Assembly: GCA_963710555.1 (NCBI GenBank)
Contig: CAVQAT010000003.1
Span: forward strand, 77,672-109,671
DNA: 32,000 nt
Reading direction: 5' to 3'
From: an uncultured delta proteobacterium
Lineage (GTDB): Bacteria; Myxococcota_A; Polyangia; Polyangiales; Polyangiaceae
Shown: positions 26,930 to 32,000 of the stretch, piece after piece
Layout of the letters: each line of letters begins with the position of its first letter
How positions within the stretch are numbered: the stretch's first letter is position 1
Program-made: the position numbers and the translations under genes
Notes under the pieces: model-generated
Databases searched by the model: none
What the model saw: the letters and a program-made list of their open reading frames with translations, nothing else
What the model was told of the DNA's origin: nothing

Positions 26930-28109
26930 TGAGCTGGCCCGCTTGCCCGTCGACGTTTTCCGTGAGGGTTTGTCGCGATCATTTGTTTAAGGGACGGCCC
27001 GCGCATTCGGGGTTGTTCGAGTTCGCAACGTTTTCTTGAGAGAGATTTCGCGCGCAATGAGTCCGACCAGAAACTTCTCAAGTTAGCTCACCTGCTCTGC
27101 ATGAGGGCTTCGCCCGCGTTCTTAAGTTGCTCCTCGTTTGTGCTCGCGCCCTCGTGAAAGCCTGGATTGTGTCGATGTAAGCTCGACCTTCCCGGCTGAC
27201 GACGCGCCCTCGTGGAGACTTTGCTCGCGGCGATGAAGTTCCAAATCTTTCCGGGTGACGCCCGCGCCTGCAGCACGATTTGAATTGTTTTCGGGTGGCT
27301 CTCAAGACTTCCGCGCCACCTTTGGTTCTACTTCTTGTCGTTGCACCAAGTTGCGACAACTGTCTAGCTCGGCTTATTGCTGCTTATTGCCGACGTGGGT
27401 TCGAATTCTGGAACGCTGCAGGGACGATGATTCTTTGCCGCCTCGAAAGTCTTCGTTCGATCATCAAATTATCGTTTCCGGCGCGAACGCGTCAAAGTCT
27501 TCATCGTTCACATCTTCGAAATCTTGAAGGGTCAAAAGCGCTGGCTCGCATACTCGGGCGCTAGATGGCGCTCAAGAACTGACAAGCGATTCACCTTTTC
27601 GTGGAGAGAGCATCGCGGGAAAGTGAGCACGTGGATTGTTGAATTGTCATCCTTTTGGATTCGTTCGTTCTCCAGAATGAAACCTCCCGCTCGTGTCGAC
27701 CGTGTTGCGACATCAGTAATTTTTTGTTTGGCATTTTCGCGGGCTGTTCATTCCAACTTGAACAGCCTCTTGTCAGCCGAAGTCTTTCCGAGACTGATCG
27801 CGCGCTCGTGACAGCGGACTTTGAGCAAGGTGAGAACTTTGCCATGACCGAATCCATTGCGCGGTCCCTGATTGAGGCAAGCTCTGCTGAACAGCTGAAC
27901 TCGTTTTGGTTCAACGTCTTCGACCGGCGAGCGCGCTTGCAAAGGACGAGCGGCGCCTTCCCCTGGTCTTTCCTGAGCAACAACTTTGTTCGACATCGCA
28001 AAGTCATCACAGCGAGGCGCCTAATCCACGCCTCTTGCTCGTTGCTGCACTCGTCGTGGGGCGTTCTCTCTCGCGCTTTGGCCTACAGGTATCGACGGCC
28101 ACCACAACG
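26924..28109 (+). mobile_element. integron cassette S4, ORF-less S family; its attC is interrupted by the IS91-like element (remainder at 30670-30816)
   Basis: Colinear with S1 and S3 up to CGACGGCCACCACAACG (ending 28109). Homology then resumes at 30670 (CAACGAGAAATTGCTGCTGAC...). Confidence 0.75.
27142..27365. repeat. phased ~59-bp degenerate tandem units in S4
   Basis: Units start at 27142, 27201, 27260 and about 27309. Confidence 0.7.
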
Positions 28110-28433
28110 GAATAGGGTTTTCGCGGTGACGGGGGTAAGGGAGCTCGCGACCGTCCGCCGGCCAGCGCTAAAACCTCTGTTGAACAACCCGCCTTCAGCT
28201 ACGCGTGAGTAGAGAAGCCACTTGGTGATTTGCTTTCATTTGTGACTCACTGGTGAGCGCTAGCGAGCGGCCCCCAAGCGCAGGTTGCGATCCTACGGAG
28301 CTGTTCTTGAGCAATAACTGACCGGTGAGAGGGGCTCGACGGTTGAAATCTCGCGACACGACCGACGCGACGCGCACGGGTGCATTCACGCACGTTACGC
28401 GCGTCCGAATGGAGTCGCTCCCCGCAGGCTTGT

Positions 28434-29633
28434 TCATGCGACTCTCCCAATGGTCAAGGTCTCCGTCCGTGGTGGCCCTCGCGCTTTCGCAAGTCCGGGC
28501 TCGCCCGCGCGGTTCGTCATGGCTTCGGCCCATGCACCACATTCAGCAGCGTCTAAGCGGCGACCGATCGCCAGAGATAACATTCCGCATGCTGGGCAGC
28601 GAGCTAGTTGAGGAGTTTGGTTTTCCGGCCGCGAGTCCTTCACGGCTTCTTGCGTCTGGCGTGAGCGGCTCAGCAGCAGTTGCAAACGCTGCAGTTTACT
28701 TCTGTGCTGGGGATGCAAAAGCCCGAAGCTCCGCACCCGGTGAAAGCCCTTGGGCGGCACGTGCTGAAGAAAACGTCTCAAGAATTCATTTACCGGCAGA
28801 GTCATCTGCTTGCGCTCGTGAGTACGACTGTCCGTGTAGCGGAAGGTGACCCTGTGCTCATCTGAAGCTAACACCGCGTGATTGCCAATGGCCGTCTTGT
28901 GCACGTAGCGACCTAGATATTCGATCACCTTCTCGGCTCCCTGCACGACGGGCTTGGCAAAAGTGATCCAAGGCTTATTTGCTGGCACCGACGGCATTTC
29001 TCCTTTGGGCAAGGCCTTGCGCGCGAGCGCCATGAAGCGCCCACGAAACTTCTTGGACAGCGCAGGAACGGGGACCAAGTAGCGTTTCTTTCGGCGAGGT
29101 GCTGTGAGCCACGTCTCTCCATCCGCGGCGACGCCTCCTCCGGGCACGAGCATGTGTACGTGCGGGTGCCACTCCAGAGTGCGCGTCCACGTGTGCAGCA
29201 CTGCGAGGGCGCCGATGAGCTGAGCGCCCAAGAAGTGTGGGTCTTGGCAAAGCTCGGCCAGCGACTCATAGGCGGCTCGAAACAAGACTGGCAGCAGCAC
29301 CGTCTGCTTGGAGCGCACCACGTCGCGCAGCTCGCTTGGCAGCGTGAAGACGACGTGAAAGTACGGCACGGGAAGCAATAGCTCGCGCTGACGCTCAATC
29401 CATTGAGTCGTTCGCAAAGTGCCGCACTGAGGGCAAGCCCGATGGCGGCACGAATGGTAGAGCAAGTGCTGCGAGTCACAGCTCTCACAATGCGCGAGGT
29501 GTCCACCTAGCGCTGAAGTGCGACAAACGCTGATTTTTCCGATTGCTCGCACATGACTTGGCAGCACGGCGTCACCGTAACGCTCCAGATAGGCTGGACC
29601 ATGCTGCCTCACCACTTCGGCGAGGAGACTCAT
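28434..29633 (-). CDS. tnpA: IS91-family rolling-circle (HUH, Y2) transposase
   Basis: 399 aa. The N-terminal zinc-binding region is HCESCDSQHLLYHSCRHRACPQCG. The HUH motif is WHPHVHMLVPGG. The C-terminal tyrosine motif is YLGRYVHKTAI. Confidence 0.9.
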   Translation of the reverse strand: MSLLAEVVRQHGPAYLERYGDAVLPSHVRAIGKISVCRTSALGGHLAHCESCDSQHLLYHSCRHRACPQCGTLRTTQWIERQRELLLPVPYFHVVFTLPSELRDVVRSKQTVLLPVLFRAAYESLAELCQDPHFLGAQLIGALAVLHTWTRTLEWHPHVHMLVPGGGVAADGETWLTAPRRKKRYLVPVPALSKKFRGRFMALARKALPKGEMPSVPANKPWITFAKPVVQGAEKVIEYLGRYVHKTAIGNHAVLASDEHRVTFRYTDSRTHERKQMTLPVNEFLRRFLQHVPPKGFHRVRSFGLLHPQHRSKLQRLQLLLSRSRQTQEAVKDSRPENQTPQLARCPACGMLSLAIGRRLDAAECGAWAEAMTNRAGEPGLAKARGPPRTETLTIGRVA

Positions 29634-29643
29634 GGCGCGGCCG

Positions 29644-30531
29644 CTAGAGCTTGGCCATCAGCCGATCGAGGGTCGCCAGGAGCCTCTCATCGTTTTCGTG
29701 CGTCACATGCAAGTACACGCTTGTGGTCTTCAAGCTGCGATGCCCAAGCACTCGCTGAATTGTCTTCAGCGTGATCCCGGCTTCAAGCAGATGAGTCGCA
29801 TAGCTATGCCGCAAGGTATGAATTGAAGCGCGCTTCTCTACGTGTTGTTCCTCCAGCACGGCGCTAAATGTTTTCTGTAGTGAGGTTCGATCTACGCTGC
29901 CACCCTTTGCCCCGCCGACGAAGAGCAGAGGACCCTTCGATGCTTGACGGTCCTGCTTCCAGAAGCGCCGCAGCTTGTGAAGTAGCGGTCGCGGGAGAGG
30001 CACCATTCGATCTTTTGCTCCCTTCGCATCGCGCACCAACACAATCAGACGGTCGCTGTCTATGTCTCGCGATTCGAGCCTGAGGCCTTCGCCAAGGCGC
30101 AAACCAAGCGCGTAGATTGTCTGAAGCGCCATCCGACGCGTAGGCTCGCGGACTGCACCAAGCACGCGATGGGTCTCTTCCACGCTCAAGACCACGGGTA
30201 GCTTCTGGGCGATCTTCACGCGCACAAAATCCAGAACTGACCACTCTTGAGGGCACGTGTAGGTGAAGAAGAAACGCAGCCCGTGGACCGCGACGTTGCG
30301 CGTCGAAGAAGCAAGCATTCGCTCATCGCGCAAATAGATGAGGTATGCGCGAACATCGTCCTCTGTCAGAAGGTAGGGCTCTTTCTTCACGTGTTCCAAA
30401 AATTGACGAACTACCCGCCTGTAGGAGTCCTGCGTCTTGGGGCGAAAGTCTCGCAGCCGCATGTCCTCGCTGAGTCGGCCTTGAACGTTTGCTAAAGTGA
30501 TCATCATCATCTCCATGAAAAGCGACGACAC
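29644..30531 (-). CDS. tyrosine recombinase (phage-integrase family) co-transcribed with the IS91-family transposase
   Basis: 295 aa with an N-terminal SAM-like core-binding domain (TQDSYRRVVRQFLEHV). The catalytic blocks are GLRLGEGLRLESRDID, HTLRHSYATHLLEAGITLKTIQRVLGHRSLKTTSVYLHV. It lacks the IntI-specific insertion. Confidence 0.9.
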   Translation of the reverse strand: MSSLFMEMMMITLANVQGRLSEDMRLRDFRPKTQDSYRRVVRQFLEHVKKEPYLLTEDDVRAYLIYLRDERMLASSTRNVAVHGLRFFFTYTCPQEWSVLDFVRVKIAQKLPVVLSVEETHRVLGAVREPTRRMALQTIYALGLRLGEGLRLESRDIDSDRLIVLVRDAKGAKDRMVPLPRPLLHKLRRFWKQDRQASKGPLLFVGGAKGGSVDRTSLQKTFSAVLEEQHVEKRASIHTLRHSYATHLLEAGITLKTIQRVLGHRSLKTTSVYLHVTHENDERLLATLDRLMAKL

Positions 30532-30669
30532 CGCGCCGCCGCCTATGGAAAGCGTGAATCACTGAGCGCAGTGGCACTCCTCAGAGTCATGAGCAGCTTC
30601 GTGGCAGGCTCAAGATGAACTAAACGGACGCAATGAGCCCAAAGCTACCGTGCGCAGCGCGGTTTCGTT

Positions 30670-30822
30670 CAACGAGAAATTGCTGCTGACTGCTGAAAGG
30701 TTTTCGCTGCGACGATACGTTGGCGTGCGGCCGCCACCGGGCTTTATCCCTTTTGTGGCGGCGGCCGGTCGGTGTAAACTGGTCGAGGTCCTGCTGGGCA
30801 GCAGAATTTCAGGGCGTTAGAC
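30670..30822 (+). other. attC-12 (type B), right-hand remainder after the IS insertion; R' GTTAGAC
   Basis: CAACGAGAAATTGCTGCTGACTGCTGAAAGG...CTGCTGGGCAGCAGAATTTCAGGGC GTTAGAC. The R'' core CCACAAC is displaced to 28102-28108. Confidence 0.85.
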
Positions 30823-31039
30823 CGCACTGTTCCGCTTGCCCACTCACTCTTTGATTGTGTTCGGTTCATTAGATGACTTTGTTTGGGCTAAGCCCGCGCA
30901 GCAAGGTCACTGCCGATGTCGAAGTGTTTTGAATGTGGTTGTTTCGCGCGCGAGAGCGAAAATGATGAGCTGTTCAACTTGACTCACTTGCTCTGGGTGA
31001 GGGCTTCGCCCGCGTTTCTTGAACTGCCCCTCGCTTGTG

Positions 31040-31275
31040 GCCGCGCACGCCGAGAAAATTCAGATTAAGTCGATGTCCCCTCGCCTCTCTCCGGTTGATG
31101 TTCGCGCCGTCGTGGTAATTCGGGTTCAGTCGTCCGGTCGCAGGGCTTCTCGGGTGACGTTCGCGCCCTCGTGGAGGTTTGAATCTCGTCGAGCGTTACG
31201 TGTGGTTCTCAAGACGCCCGCGCCTCTCAGATTTCTACAACTTTTCTAACAGTGAGTTGAGCAACGGCCATCCCG
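31040..31275. repeat. phased ~59-bp degenerate tandem units in L5
   Basis: Units start at 31040, 31100, 31159 and 31216. Confidence 0.7.
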
Positions 31276-31288
31276 CTGCTGATAGTTG

Positions 31289-31309
31289 CAGCCCTGCGGG
31301 CTTGTTTTT
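31289..31309 (+). terminator. hairpin plus T5 run inside cassette L5 (intrinsic-terminator-like)
   Basis: CAGCCC-TGC-GGGCT(T)G is followed by TTTTT. It is homologous to the CGGCCC-TTC-GGGCCG hairpin of L1-L4, with a compensatory G:C to A:T change. Confidence 0.4.
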
Positions 31310-31926
31310 GGCCAAGTCTTCTTATCAGCGGCTCAACCTTTGCAGCTGCGGCACTCTCGCTTGATGAGGCTTGGTATTTCCTCTGGCTACTGGATCCTGA
31401 AAGGCGCGGGCTCTTGAATTTCGGGCGCAAAAGGGCGCTTGATGATTAGTGCGTGCTTTTTGAACAGACTTTCGACCTTTCCGTGGTTGCGTCGTCGCGG
31501 GTCGAGGCGCCCCGCTTTCTTCGGAATTGGTTGCGCCAACTTTGCTCTGCATGAAGCGCGTTTCGCGGGCTGGTGAAGTCAACGTGCGTCGGTCCTCGCG
31601 CAGCGGCGTTGTTTCATGGACTGGATGCGCGCGCTTGTGCGTCTGCGTTTTCCAACAGGCACGTTGACAAGACCACTGCGTTTGCGCGGGCTCGCTCTGG
31701 GCAAGCTCTTCTGAACTGATGAGCTCGTGGTGCTCGTTGTCTTTGAACGGCCAGCGCGCTGGCAAGTGATCACCGGCGCCTCAGGCGCGTTCGCGGGGTA
31801 ATGCGTTGGTGCCGAGTCGTCAGCCAACTGCCGTTTCGGCGCCTGCAGCTAGCCGTCTGATTCCTGCTAAGCCCGGCGTGGTCTCAATCCCTCGCGCGCT
31901 GAGGCCTCTTAGAACTTTTGGAGTCG

Positions 31927-32000
31927 GTCTAACTAGCCGCTGCTACCTGGCGGCAGTCGTCAAGGCTTTCGCTTCGCTGAAAGTTGGCAGTTCGGCCGCC
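31927..32000 (+). other. attC-13 (type A), 5' part only; truncated by the window end
   Basis: GTCTAACTAGCCGCTGCTACCTGGCGGCAGTCGT...TTCGGCCGCC matches the 5' half of attC-5. Confidence 0.8.

Larger units (their letters stand above)
28110..30669 (-). mobile_element. IS91-family element carrying a tyrosine recombinase plus an HUH (Y2) transposase, inserted in an attC
   Basis: A 2560-bp block absent from the paralogous cassettes S1 and S3. The pentamer CAACG flanks it on both sides (28105-28109 and 30670-30674), so the boundaries are ambiguous by 5 nt. It holds two co-oriented genes 10 nt apart. Confidence 0.75.
9964..32000 (+). mobile_element. chromosomal (sedentary-type) integron: intI, attI region and at least 14 cassettes; array truncated by the window end
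   Basis: intI is followed by 13 long attC sites, each with R'' (xxxxAAC) and R' (GTTRRRY-like) cores, plus one candidate short attC. Sequence immediately 3' of each G|TT crossover co-varies with cassette content, as expected for modular cassettes. Confidence 0.9.
30817..32000 (+). mobile_element. integron cassette L5, ORF-less L family (3' end truncated by the window)
   Basis: Same leader and module order as L1-L4. It is the most diverged L copy. Confidence 0.75.

Noticed and set aside
28195-28849. ORFs 28195..28542 (minus) and 28325..28849 (plus) at the 3' end of the IS91-like element
   Set aside because: They overlap the transposase 3' region or the non-coding end and show no motifs. The transposase frame explains the region.

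Overview
Moderately GC-rich bacterial chromosomal window. A Myxococcota/deltaproteobacterial origin is a low-confidence guess, based on a Myxococcus-type LexA-box-like site, many lipobox proteins with G/S-rich linkers, and an imuA-imuB/dnaE2 module.

Positions 1-9.9 kb hold ordinary genes, almost all on the minus strand:
- the 5' end of dnaE2 (running off the window)
- a DTW-domain protein with a long C-terminal extension
- an outer-membrane beta-barrel with a hyper-acidic N-terminal region (plus strand)
- plsC, imuB and imuA
- an NADPH/F420-type reductase, a DJ-1/PfpI protein and a LysR regulator

From 9964 to the window end lies a chromosomal integron. It has an integron integrase (intI, minus strand), an attI region, and at least 14 gene cassettes on the plus strand. 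The cassettes are delimited by unusually long attC sites (156-160 bp) of two sequence subtypes, plus one candidate 89-bp attC. The array continues past position 32000.

Five cassettes carry convincing genes:
- GrpB plus a VOC/glyoxalase protein
- an inverted cysteine-rich lipoprotein
- an inverted, translationally coupled pair of secreted proteins, next to a 5 x 42-bp tandem repeat
- a Cys-rich lipoprotein
- a SEFIR/TIR-like protein that is a candidate single-gene defence cassette

The most unusual content is that 9 of the 14 cassettes (about 11 kb) belong to one paralogous superfamily, here split into L (~1.2 kb, 5 copies) and S (~1.3-1.4 kb, 4 copies). No reading frame is conserved between copies, but a strictly conserved modular architecture is:
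- a leader motif
- a CG palindrome
- 3-4 phased ~59-60-bp degenerate tandem units
- a covarying hairpin (L family only)
- a GGCGCT-N4-GGCGCT direct repeat
- a 14-nt perfect palindrome (L family)

One S cassette has its attC interrupted, next to the R'' core, by a 2.56-kb element encoding a tyrosine recombinase and an IS91-family HUH transposase.

All calls come from reading the sequence and ORF track by eye. No searches or alignments were run.
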